Assembly: GCA_946545425.1 (NCBI GenBank)
Contig: CAMNNM010000001.1
Span: 1 to 58,523, forward strand
Length of the DNA stretch: 58,523 nt
Reading direction: 5' to 3'
DNA from: an uncultured Blautia sp.
GTDB taxonomy: Bacteria; Bacillota; Clostridia; Lachnospirales; Lachnospiraceae
Of this stretch, positions 1 through 9,185 are shown in pieces. Below the pieces are notes generated by a model. It saw nothing but the letters and a program-made list of their open reading frames with translations, made no database searches and was not told the DNA's origin. Each line of letters begins with the position of its first letter. Position 1 is the first letter of the stretch. The position numbers were made by a program, and so were the translations under genes.

Positions 1-446
1 AGCGGAACATCTCCGGTTCCGGGCGGCATATCCACAAACAGATAATCCAGATCGCCCCACGCCACGTCTGTCCAGAACTGCTTTACCATACCGGCCAGGA
101 TCGGTCCTCTCCAGATGACAGGCGTGTCTTCGGTAGGCAGAAGCAGATTGATCGACATGATCTTGATCCCGTTGCGTGATACAAGGGGATTGATGGCTCC
201 CTCAACGCCCGTCGCAGGTCCTTTCACGCCGTACATTCTTGCAATGGACGGTCCTGTGATATCGGCATCCATGATTCCAACCTTATACCCCTTTGCCGCC
301 ATCATATTGGCAAGTGATCCGGTTACAAAGGACTTGCCGACTCCGCCTTTTCCGCTGATGATTCCGATCACATGTCCGATATGAGATCCGGCATTCAGTT
401 CTGCTTTCAGACTGTCCGCTTTATTCTTTGAGTTTCCGTCTGACAT
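1..446 (-). CDS. Mrp/NBP35 (ApbC-like) P-loop ATPase, Fe-S carrier; truncated by the window edge
   Basis: Manual translation from ATG 446: MSDGNSK...ISGKGGVGKS...DADITGPS...VIWRGP...DYLFVDMPPGTGD; AAGGAG SD upstream. Confidence 0.9.
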   Translation of the reverse strand, partial: MSDGNSKNKADSLKAELNAGSHIGHVIGIISGKGGVGKSFVTGSLANMMAAKGYKVGIMDADITGPSIARMYGVKGPATGVEGAINPLVSRNGIKIMSINLLLPTEDTPVIWRGPILAGMVKQFWTDVAWGDLDYLFVDMPPGTGDVP

Positions 447-593
447 GATTGTACTCCTTTTGATGATACTCGGCAGCATTCTGAATGCAGCCGGCATGTC
501 TTATTGTAGACGCGGTACCTGTTTTTGTCAATTCTTCCCATAAATGGTGCGGTTCCCTGTCTCAATTTCTCTTACCTTTTTTCGGTGTATGAA

Positions 594-622
594 TTGCATG
601 TACCCGGAAACTGTCGTACAAT
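594..622 (+). promoter_or_regulatory. sigmaA-type promoter of xpt
   Basis: TTGCAT(594-599)-17 bp-TACAAT(617-622). Confidence 0.6.
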
Positions 623-693
623 AGTTGATACAACCCTGCAGAGGGGCTGCCGCAAAAGAGAACAGTCGACAGGACAGACAAATGGAGGAACAG

Positions 694-1263
694 ATGGAAT
701 TACTGAAGCAGAGAATTCTGAAGGACGGCACGGTAAAGCCGGGCAATATTCTGAAGGTAGACAGCTTTCTGAATCATCAGATGGATATCGGTTTTCTGAA
801 TGAGATCGGAAAGGAATTCAAAAGACGGTTTGAAGGGCAGCCGATCAACAAGATTCTTACGATTGAGGCATCGGGCATCGCCATTGCATGCATTGCCGCT
901 CAGTACTTCGATGCACCTGTAGTTTTCGCCAAGAAAGCCCAGAGCCTTAACCTGGACGGCGAAATGTTTACCACAAAGGTAAAGTCCTATACGCACAACC
1001 GGACCTATGATGTCATTCTTTCCAAAAAGTTTCTTGGTCCGGAAGATCATGTTCTTCTGATCGATGATTTCCTGGCGAACGGAGAAGCGCTTCTGGGTCT
1101 GATCGATATCGTGAAGGAATCCGGAGCCGTTCTTGAGGGTGCCGGCATCGTGATCGAGAAGGGTTTTCAGCCGGGTGGTAAGAAGATCCGGGATATGGGG
1201 ATCCATCTGGAGTCGCTGGCGATCATTGAGTCCATGACGGAGGATTCGCTGACGTTTGCGTAA
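694..1263 (+). CDS. xpt: xanthine phosphoribosyltransferase
   Basis: [25 protein letters not shown] motif LIDDFLANG; GGAGG at 684-688 favours ATG 694. Confidence 0.93.
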   Translation: MELLKQRILKDGTVKPGNILKVDSFLNHQMDIGFLNEIGKEFKRRFEGQPINKILTIEASGIAIACIAAQYFDAPVVFAKKAQSLNLDGEMFTTKVKSYTHNRTYDVILSKKFLGPEDHVLLIDDFLANGEALLGLIDIVKESGAVLEGAGIVIEKGFQPGGKKIRDMGIHLESLAIIESMTEDSLTFA

Positions 1264-1273
1264 TAAAAAAATA

Positions 1274-1323
1274 CCTGTGAAAAAACTGGCTTGAACATAA
1301 CAGTTTTTTCACAGGCTCTTTTT
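1274..1323. terminator. bidirectional intrinsic terminator
   Basis: cctgtgaaaaaactg / cagttttttcacagg inverted repeat with A and T tracts between convergent genes. Confidence 0.8.
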
Positions 1324-2645
1324 TAATCTTCCGGTTTCTGAGTCGGGGTTGGGTCTGCTTTGGCGGGTTTTTCCCTGGGGGTATCGCTGTCGGCGGCACC
1401 GGATGAAGGCGCGGGCGTTGGCGTAATTGTTGGCGCCGGCGTTCCGCTTGCCCCTGGTTCCGGAGTCGGAGAGAGCTGTATCCTCAGTTCTGCTTCCGTA
1501 AAGTAACCGTTGTCCGCAAGCATTTCATAATTATCCTGGTCGATCACTTCGGTGTCCACAAAGATCGTGCTGACAATTTTTACTCCATTGTCGTACATTT
1601 CATAATCCGAAATTTCCGGATCTTCGCTCCCCTTCAGCAGCGTATGCACCGTCTCGGCACATTTCTGCGCAAGTATCCTGTTGTCCAGGAATACGGCAGA
1701 CCCGATCGAACCTGAGGCGATTTTCTTGATCGTCTCAAGCTTGCGTCCTGCTGTGGTGATATAGGGCAGTTTTTCTTCTTCCCTGAGATCCTTCAGAATT
1801 TCAATGGCATAGTCCTCGTCCGCAGTAATAAGGATATCCGGCACTCCGCCTTTATAAAATTCGGTACGGATCTTCTCAAACCGGTCCGCGGCACTTTTTT
1901 TATCGGAATCCATGACGGCAGTCTCGTCAAAGGACATAAGACCTGACGGTATGGAAAGAACGCCCTTTTCTATTGCAGGCTCCAGGACTTCCATCAGTCC
2001 GTTGTAGAAGAACAAAGACTGAATGCTGTCAGGCGCGCCCATCAGCATCTCCATTTTGAGAGGCCGGACAACCGGCGCCGTGCTTTCCTGTGAAATGCCC
2101 ATGGCGGCAAGGATCTTTTCGCCAGCCTGGTTTCCCACCGACCTGGCGTTAAAAGCCATATAGTAATCCAGATCGCCCGTATCCATGATCAGGGTATCGT
2201 AAGAAAATACAGGAACCGATTTCTCATCCGCAGCCACAAGCTCATCGCCAAGAGAATAAGCATCAACGGGTGCAATGACAAGCGCCGACACGTCCTGCTC
2301 CAGCAGTTCTCTGAACTGCTGCTTCTGAAGATCGGCGTCATTCTCTGCATATTGGATCAGCGGTAAAAATCCATAATCATCCAGCTTGATCTGCATTCCG
2401 GCCGCATCGATTCTCCACCTTGCATCCCACTGCTCGGAAGGAAGAAGGATTCCGATCTTTTCTGCATTTTCCGGATCAACCTGCTCCGGGACATCCGTTT
2501 CGGCATCCGTATCTGCACCGTTTCCCTGCTGTTCTGTCTCCTTACTCTCGCCCGCGTCCTTTGTTGCCCGGCTTCTGCTGCATGCCGTTGAAAAAACAAG
2601 CATGGATGTCAGCGACATCAGAAGCACGAATTTCCATCTGTTCAT
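1323..2645 (-). CDS. orphan sugar-ABC substrate-binding lipoprotein (ChvE/XylF-like, degenerate pocket) with Pro/Thr-rich tail
   Basis: Lipobox VFSTAC; GILLP..RW, ALVIAPVD, YDNGVK motifs; SD GAAAGG before ATG 2645. Confidence 0.8.
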   Translation of the reverse strand: MNRWKFVLLMSLTSMLVFSTACSRSRATKDAGESKETEQQGNGADTDAETDVPEQVDPENAEKIGILLPSEQWDARWRIDAAGMQIKLDDYGFLPLIQYAENDADLQKQQFRELLEQDVSALVIAPVDAYSLGDELVAADEKSVPVFSYDTLIMDTGDLDYYMAFNARSVGNQAGEKILAAMGISQESTAPVVRPLKMEMLMGAPDSIQSLFFYNGLMEVLEPAIEKGVLSIPSGLMSFDETAVMDSDKKSAADRFEKIRTEFYKGGVPDILITADEDYAIEILKDLREEEKLPYITTAGRKLETIKKIASGSIGSAVFLDNRILAQKCAETVHTLLKGSEDPEISDYEMYDNGVKIVSTIFVDTEVIDQDNYEMLADNGYFTEAELRIQLSPTPEPGASGTPAPTITPTPAPSSGAADSDTPREKPAKADPTPTQKPED

Positions 2646-2656
2646 ATATAAACCTT

Positions 2657-3313
2657 TCACTTATCCGTCTTATACCTGCGCGCCAGCTGTTTCAGGTATT
2701 CACGGTATGCCTGCGACACCTTTCGTGGTTTCAGGATCTGGATATCTTCTCCCATAGCCGTGATCCAGCCGAAAAACACTTTGTCGTCACGGAGCGGTAC
2801 CACGGCCACACTTACCCCGTCACGATCCTTAACGGAAATATTCGACCCGAAAAACTCTCTTGCAGCTTCCTCCCCCGCAGGCGTACAGGACAATTTCATC
2901 TGTTTTCCGCTGTCGGAAGCAGCCGGAAGATTTCCGGTATGCATCCATGCCTGTTCGTCGCCTCCGTCCTCAGTACGATCGCCGGAGGTCTCCTGGGCTC
3001 TATCTGCTTCCAGCTGCTGTCCGTTATCCGGTACCTGAGCAGCGGCAGAACGCACAGAAAACCCTCCATTTACCATCTCGCCTGCATTGGCGACATAATA
3101 ACCGGAAGGTCTTTCCCTTTTGTACTGAATATCCATACCAAATAAACGAAGAGCCTCCATGTCGTCATAAATACTCTTACGTTCTGCCCGAATTCCCTTA
3201 TCCTGTAATCTGTCAATAATCTCCTGCATCGAGATCGTATGATTCTCCCCTGTTTCACACATCATCTGCAGCAGAAAAAGGACTTTCGCTTTCTGATTAT
3301 TATATTTCGCCAT
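2657..3313 (-). CDS. WYL-family-derived regulator: wHTH plus C-terminal WCX-like domain, central WYL domain apparently absent
   Basis: N-term NQKAKVLFL...SMQEII..L...GIRAERKSIYDDMEALR; C-term FFGWITAMGEDIQILKP; only 218 aa. Confidence 0.7.
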   Translation of the reverse strand: MAKYNNQKAKVLFLLQMMCETGENHTISMQEIIDRLQDKGIRAERKSIYDDMEALRLFGMDIQYKRERPSGYYVANAGEMVNGGFSVRSAAAQVPDNGQQLEADRAQETSGDRTEDGGDEQAWMHTGNLPAASDSGKQMKLSCTPAGEEAAREFFGSNISVKDRDGVSVAVVPLRDDKVFFGWITAMGEDIQILKPRKVSQAYREYLKQLARRYKTDK

Positions 3314-3406
3314 TTTTTCCCCTTATTCTATATCTTTTCTTTCCCCACAGTCATACATGTAAATTACTCAATTGTACAATACACAAAAAGAATTCAGAAT
3401 ATCGTT

Positions 3407-3510
3407 AAAAAAAGTGTCAAAAGCCCCTTCTGCCTTTGGCACATCCGCATCCGTCCATACTGCCCGGATTATTCTTCTCCTTTCCGCAAAGTCTCTTGTA
3501 CTTTCGAGGT
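3407..3510 (-). ncRNA. candidate small RNA or attenuated leader (~104 nt)
   Basis: Consensus promoter upstream; terminator hairpin 3414-3442 followed by U7. Confidence 0.45.
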
Positions 3511-3516
3511 AAATTT

Positions 3517-3545
3517 ATTATACAAAAGCCTACCTGACTTTTCAA
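3517..3545 (-). promoter_or_regulatory. sigmaA-type promoter
   Basis: TTGAAA(3545-3540)-17 bp-TATAAT(3522-3517). Confidence 0.7.
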
Positions 3546-3605
3546 GTATTTTCAGAAGGAAACTTTTTTCGGACAAGAAATATGCATTGCCATATTTCAT
3601 AGTGT

Positions 3606-3638
3606 AAAAAAAGGACTGCTTCAAGCAGTCCCTTTTTT
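3606..3638 (-). terminator. intrinsic terminator of the alpha operon
   Basis: ggactgct-tca-agcagtcc hairpin flanked by A7 and T6. Confidence 0.85.
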
Positions 3639-3647
3639 ACGCGATGA

Positions 3648-4184
3648 TCAGACCAGTTCAAGAACGACCATCATAGCGGCGTCACCGCGGCGCGGTCCGA
3701 TCTTGACGATTCTTGTATAACCACCATTACGGTTTACATATTTCGGTGCGATCTCGCTGAACATCTTCTCGACCATGTCAACATACTTGGTGTTTTTCTT
3801 GCGGCCGGCTCCCTTTTCGGGAACTTCCTTGACCGGATAGAAAACCTTCAGCATCTGACGGCGTGCATGCAGTCTGGAAGGAGAATCCTTTTTGATCTGT
3901 TTCTGAACTTCATCATAAACAGTCTTCTTCTTGCCGTCTACAACTTCCTTTACACGTTTTCCGTCGGCGTCCTTGCGCGGAACCTTTGCGGTAACGGTAA
4001 CGTTCTCAAAGTTGTCTTTCTCACGTACGGCAGATGCGATCAGGCCTTCCGCGATCTTTCTGACTTCCTTTGCCTTTGTCTCAGTCGTAACGATCCTGCC
4101 TCTGTAAAGAAGCATGGTTACCTGGTTCCTGAGAAGCGCTTTTCTCTGATCTGATGTTCTTCCTAATTTTCTATACTTTGCCAT
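3648..4184 (-). CDS. rplQ: 50S ribosomal protein L17 (with internal insertions)
   Basis: [21 protein letters not shown]...TTETKAKE...[17 protein letters not shown]; GGAGG SD. Confidence 0.97.
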   Translation of the reverse strand: MAKYRKLGRTSDQRKALLRNQVTMLLYRGRIVTTETKAKEVRKIAEGLIASAVREKDNFENVTVTAKVPRKDADGKRVKEVVDGKKKTVYDEVQKQIKKDSPSRLHARRQMLKVFYPVKEVPEKGAGRKKNTKYVDMVEKMFSEIAPKYVNRNGGYTRIVKIGPRRGDAAMMVVLELV

Positions 4185-4198
4185 ATTTTCCTCCAATT

Positions 4199-4302
4199 CC
4201 GGGACGGAAAGACACGCTTGTTCGGACTTACTGTCTGTCCGCCGGCTCCCGGATCCATTTTTCTTACACAGACACGCTGGTTACGGACTTACTGTCTGTA
4301 TA
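4199..4302 (-). repeat. tandem duplicated hairpin motif upstream of rplQ
   Basis: agacacgcttgttcggacttactgtctgt (4210-4238) and agacacgctggttacggacttactgtctgt (4270-4299). Confidence 0.85.
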
Positions 4303-4310
4303 GCCAATAA

Positions 4311-5270
4311 TTATTCTTCTGACGGTTTCAGCTGAAGTCCAAGCTCTTTGAGCTTCGAGAGCACCTCTTCGAGAGATTTGCGTCCGAGGTTGCGCACCTT
4401 CATCATGTCTTCCGACGTCTTGCTGCAAAGTTCCTCAACCGTGTTAATGCCGGCGCGCTTCAGGCAGTTATAGGAACGTACAGACAGCTCAAGCTCATCA
4501 ATGGACATTACCATTGCCTTCTCAACACTGTCATTGCGCGGCTCGACCATGACCTCGGCGGTCTTCGCATTCTCGGAAAGATCGATGAACAGGCTCAGAT
4601 GCTCACTGAGCACCTTTGCTGCAAGGCTGACTGCCTCATCCGGATCGATGGTTCCGTTGGTGTATACGTCGAGCGTGAGTCTGTCATAATCTGTGATCTG
4701 ACCGACACGGGTATTTTCGATCGTCATATTGACACGTTCTACCGGAGTATAGATTGCATCAACGGCAAGCACTCCGATCGGCATGTCGGCAGACTTGCCC
4801 TTATCCGCGCTCACGTATCCACGACCGTTGGTGATCGTCATCTCCATCGCAAGACGGCAGTCCTTTCCGCCGTTCAGCGTGGCGATAACCTGATCAGGAT
4901 TCATGATTTCAATCGAGGAATCAACTTCAATATCAGCAGCGGTCACGACACCCTGACCTTCGCGCTCGATATAAGCAGTCTTCGGCTCATCGTCATTGGA
5001 TGTATTTTTGATCGCAAGGTTTTTGAGATTCATGATGATCTCGGTAACGTCTTCCTTGACGCCCGGGATTGAACTGAATTCATGAAGAACTCCGTCAATC
5101 TTGACCTGGCTTACTGCCGAACCCGGAAGAGACGACAGCATGATTCTTCTGAGAGAATTTCCAAGGGTCGTACCATAACCGCGCTCAAGAGGCTCCACAA
5201 CGAATCTCCCGAAACGTTTATCTTCTGACATCTCAGTAATTTCTATCTTCGGTTTGTTGAAATCAAACAC
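4311..5270 (-). CDS. rpoA: RNA polymerase alpha subunit
   Basis: [17 protein letters not shown]; [14 protein letters not shown]. Confidence 0.98.
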   Translation of the reverse strand: MFDFNKPKIEITEMSEDKRFGRFVVEPLERGYGTTLGNSLRRIMLSSLPGSAVSQVKIDGVLHEFSSIPGVKEDVTEIIMNLKNLAIKNTSNDDEPKTAYIEREGQGVVTAADIEVDSSIEIMNPDQVIATLNGGKDCRLAMEMTITNGRGYVSADKGKSADMPIGVLAVDAIYTPVERVNMTIENTRVGQITDYDRLTLDVYTNGTIDPDEAVSLAAKVLSEHLSLFIDLSENAKTAEVMVEPRNDSVEKAMVMSIDELELSVRSYNCLKRAGINTVEELCSKTSEDMMKVRNLGRKSLEEVLSKLKELGLQLKPSEE

Positions 5271-5322
5271 TATAATTCCCTCCTAATAAAGTTAAGGAAA
5301 ATCGAAGGGCTGATGATGCAGA

Positions 5323-5916
5323 TTATTTAGAATACAACTCGACGATAAGCATTTCGTTGACCGGAACGTCGATTGCTTCTCTTCTCGGGAGTTCCTTCAC
5401 GGTTCCCTTGAGATTTTCCGGATCTGCTTCAAGCCATTCCGGAACGGTTCTTCCGGATGTAGCATCAAGAATCTGTTTATATCTCTCAGAGCTCTTCGCT
5501 TTTTCTTTGATTTCGATCTCGTCGCCAGCCTTGACAAGATAGGACGGAATGCTGACATACTTGCCGTTTACAAGTACATGTCTGTGTCCCACGATCTGGC
5601 GCGCTTCTCTCCTGGTTCTGGCAAAACCAAGACGGAAAATTACATTGTCGATTCTGCTCTCAAGCATGACCATCATGTTTTCACCGGTCTGTCCGGGCAT
5701 ACGGTCTGCCTTTTCATAATAATTGCGGAAAGGCTTCTCAAGAACGCCGTAGATGAATTTGGCTTTCTGCTTTTCCTTCAGCTGTAAGCCGTAATCGGAG
5801 ACCTTCCTGTTTGCACGCTTCAGCTGTCTTTTGGATTTCTTGTCAATTCCAAGATATAACGGATCCAGGCCCAGAGATCTGCATCTCTTCAGGACAGGAA
5901 CTTTATTTACTGCCAT
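5323..5916 (-). CDS. rpsD: 30S ribosomal protein S4
   Basis: SDYGLQLKEKQK, LESRIDNVIFRLG, LIVELYSK. Confidence 0.98.
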   Translation of the reverse strand: MAVNKVPVLKRCRSLGLDPLYLGIDKKSKRQLKRANRKVSDYGLQLKEKQKAKFIYGVLEKPFRNYYEKADRMPGQTGENMMVMLESRIDNVIFRLGFARTRREARQIVGHRHVLVNGKYVSIPSYLVKAGDEIEIKEKAKSSERYKQILDATSGRTVPEWLEADPENLKGTVKELPRREAIDVPVNEMLIVELYSK

Positions 5917-5973
5917 TTAAGACTACCTCCATAATTATCATACCGGTAGCACCGGTCATCAGATTATCGTCAA

Positions 5974-6366
5974 TTATACCCTTCTTCTCTTCGGCGGACG
6001 GCATCCATTGTGCGGAACCGGAGTGACGTCGCGGATGCTGAGAACCTCAAGTCCGCATGCCTGCAGCGCGCGGATTGCGGCTTCACGTCCGGAGCCCGGT
6101 CCTTTAACCATAACATCAACTGTCTTAAGTCCGTGAATCAGCGCAGCCTTTGTAGCTGTCTCCGCTGCCATCTGTGCTGCATAAGGGGTAGATTTCCTTG
6201 AACCTTTAAATCCGAGACCGCCTGCACTTGCCCATGAAAGAGCATTTCCTTCACCGTCCGTCAGAGTGACGATCGTATTGTTGAAGGAAGACTGAATGTG
6301 AGCCTGTCCGTGTTCAACGTTTTTCTTGACACGACGCTTTGTCGTCTTTTTTGCATTTTTTGCCAT
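5974..6366 (-). CDS. rpsK: 30S ribosomal protein S11
   Basis: [31 protein letters not shown]. Confidence 0.98.
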   Translation of the reverse strand: MAKNAKKTTKRRVKKNVEHGQAHIQSSFNNTIVTLTDGEGNALSWASAGGLGFKGSRKSTPYAAQMAAETATKAALIHGLKTVDVMVKGPGSGREAAIRALQACGLEVLSIRDVTPVPHNGCRPPKRRRV

Positions 6367-6411
6367 TTTAAAACTAACCTACACTTTCCTTTTTATTGAA
6401 CGGGTATATGA

Positions 6412-6780
6412 TTATTTCTTCTTGTTTGCTACAGTTCTCTTCGGACCCTTTCTGGTTCTTGCATTGTTCTTTGTATTCTGTCCGCGGACCGGAAGTCCTT
6501 TACGATGACGAATACCTCTGTAGCAGCCGATTTCCTGCAGTCTCTTAATGTTCAGAGCGACTTCTCTTCTAAGATCACCTTCGACCATCATCGTCTCTTC
6601 GATGACAGTGCTGATTTTCTTTACTTCTTCATCGGTAAGATCTCTTACCCGGGTATCCGGATTCACACCTGCAGCTGCAAGGATCTTGTCGCTGCTTGTT
6701 CTGCCGATACCGTAAATATAGGTAAGTCCGATTTCAATTCTCTTATCTCTTGGTAAGTCTACACCAGCTATACGAGCCAT
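6412..6780 (-). CDS. rpsM: 30S ribosomal protein S13
   Basis: [10 protein letters not shown]..., [15 protein letters not shown]; start set to ATG 6780 with GGAGG SD. Confidence 0.97.
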   Translation of the reverse strand: MARIAGVDLPRDKRIEIGLTYIYGIGRTSSDKILAAAGVNPDTRVRDLTDEEVKKISTVIEETMMVEGDLRREVALNIKRLQEIGCYRGIRHRKGLPVRGQNTKNNARTRKGPKRTVANKKK

Positions 6781-7052
6781 GTACTGTTTCCTCCATTCCA
6801 AACTGGATATTTCTGATAATTTTGAAAGCCTTCCGCCGTACATCACTTACAGATATTCTGTAAGGTGAAATGGGATGCATCACGCGGTACCTTTCCTGTC
6901 CTAACTGGGGTGTCTCGGTCACACCCAGCCGTCACCGGCGTTTTGACGGCCTTTCCGAATCTTCAATGGCCTGCGGCCATCTGCCTCTCGGTATTAGGCA
7001 ATACATGCTTCAGTCTGACACGGCAGAAGAACTGATCTGCCTGATGAGTATG
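6781..7052 (-). promoter_or_regulatory. multi-hairpin intercistronic RNA between rpmJ and rpsM
   Basis: Six short inverted repeats in 270 nt, no credible ORF. Confidence 0.45.
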
Positions 7053-7166
7053 TCAACCCTGACGCTGTTTGTGCTTCGGATTCTCACAGATGATCCTGAT
7101 CGATCCTTTTCTCTTGATGACCTTGCATTTTTCGCAGATCGGTTTGACAGATGATCTTACTTTCAC
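7053..7166 (-). CDS. rpmJ: 50S ribosomal protein L36 (Zn-binding type); absent from ORF track
   Basis: GTG start, [37 protein letters not shown]; AGGAGG SD. Confidence 0.97.
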   Translation of the reverse strand: MKVRSSVKPICEKCKVIKRKGSIRIICENPKHKQRQG

Positions 7167-7284
7167 CGGAAATCCTCCTTCCAATTGTGAGATGTGCCAT
7201 GTTCAGGCCCGGGTCAAGACCCTCACATAACAAAAGCCTGCAGTTCCGGTGTGCCTGTACAAGGTTCACAGGCACGCACAGTCT

Positions 7285-7313
7285 ATTGTATCATCGACTG
7301 TTCCGAAATGCAA
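7285..7313 (-). promoter_or_regulatory. promoter of the rpmJ-rpsMKD-rpoA-rplQ operon
   Basis: TTGCAT-17 bp-TACAAT with extended -10 TG. Confidence 0.7.
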
Positions 7314-7361
7314 GCTTTTTTTACCATTATTATTTTAGCTCAGGTACTGAACACTAACCTG

Positions 7362-7580
7362 TTATTTATCACGCCAGATGATCCTGGCCTTGTCAAGGTC
7401 ATAGGGTGAAAGCTCCAGCTTTACCTTATCTCCCGGAAGGATCCTGATAAAGTTCATTCTGAGCTTACCGCTGATATGTGCCAGCACCACGTGCTTATTC
7501 ACAAGTTCTACGCGGAACATTGCGTTTGGAAGTTTTTCGAGTACGGTACCCTCAACTTCGATCATATCTGATTTGGACAT
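7362..7580 (-). CDS. infA: translation initiation factor IF-1
   Basis: [10 protein letters not shown]...[26 protein letters not shown]. Confidence 0.98.
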   Translation of the reverse strand: MSKSDMIEVEGTVLEKLPNAMFRVELVNKHVVLAHISGKLRMNFIRILPGDKVKLELSPYDLDKARIIWRDK

Positions 7581-7638
7581 CTGTATCCTCCTGTATAAAA
7601 ATCCGGTTCCCTTTCAGAAACCTTTCCCGGCTTATGTC

Positions 7639-8403
7639 TTATTTCCAGGGCTTTGTAAGTGTCAGGATCTCCGGTTCTCCGTCGGTGATCAGGATGGTGT
7701 TTTCGTAATGAGCGGAAAGAGATCCGTCCATTGTAACCACAGTCCAGTCATCGTCCAGCCACGCCACATCACCGCGTCCCAGATTGATCATAGGCTCGAT
7801 TGCCAGCGTCATCCCCGGGAGAAGCTTAATGCCTCTTCCCTTCTGCGGATAATTTGGAATGACGGGGTCTTCATGCAGATGTGTGCCGATTCCATGCCCC
7901 GTCAGATCCCTGACGATACCAAATCTGTGCTTAGCGGCACAGGCGCCGATTGCTTTGGAAATATCATTCAGATGCTTTCCGGCTCTGGCGTATCTGATCC
8001 CGGCAAAAAAACATTCCTCGGTTACCCGGATCAGTTTCCTGGCTTCTTCCGGAACCTCGCCCACGGCGTAGGTACGTGCGGCATCGGAATGATATCCCTT
8101 ATAGATCAGTCCGGCATCGATCTTTACAAGATCTCCTTCCTGAATGATCTTTTTTTCTGACGGAATACCATGGACCACCTCGTCGTTTCTGCATATGCAG
8201 AAGGATCCGGGAAAGCCTTCGTAATTCAGAAAATTCGGCGTACACCCAAGGGAACGGATCATTTCTTCACCGATCCTGTCAAGCTCCTTTGTACTCACGC
8301 CGGGTTTAATATAAGGATACAGGTCTTCGTGAACCTTTTCGAGCAGATGACCAGCTTCCCGCATCAGCTCGATCTCGTGTTCTGATTTGACAGTAACCGA
8401 CAT
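7639..8403 (-). CDS. map: methionine aminopeptidase type I
   Basis: VHGIP, DAARTY, GHGIG..LHEDP, AIEPM, SAHYENT. Confidence 0.96.
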   Translation of the reverse strand: MSVTVKSEHEIELMREAGHLLEKVHEDLYPYIKPGVSTKELDRIGEEMIRSLGCTPNFLNYEGFPGSFCICRNDEVVHGIPSEKKIIQEGDLVKIDAGLIYKGYHSDAARTYAVGEVPEEARKLIRVTEECFFAGIRYARAGKHLNDISKAIGACAAKHRFGIVRDLTGHGIGTHLHEDPVIPNYPQKGRGIKLLPGMTLAIEPMINLGRGDVAWLDDDWTVVTMDGSLSAHYENTILITDGEPEILTLTKPWK

Positions 8404-8411
8404 AAAATCTC

Positions 8412-9131
<720 letters not shown>

Positions 9132-9185
9132 TTATAGTATCACGTAAAGGCTGCAGCGCCGGACCGGCACCGCAACCTTACGAAA

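Noticed and set aside
623-693. Guanine riboswitch expected upstream of xpt
   Set aside because: Leader is only about 65 nt after the predicted promoter and lacks purine-riboswitch core sequences.
7022-7100. CTGATGAG hammerhead-like core after a hairpin (+ strand)
   Set aside because: No stem II followed by GAAA; the downstream part is antisense to rpmJ.
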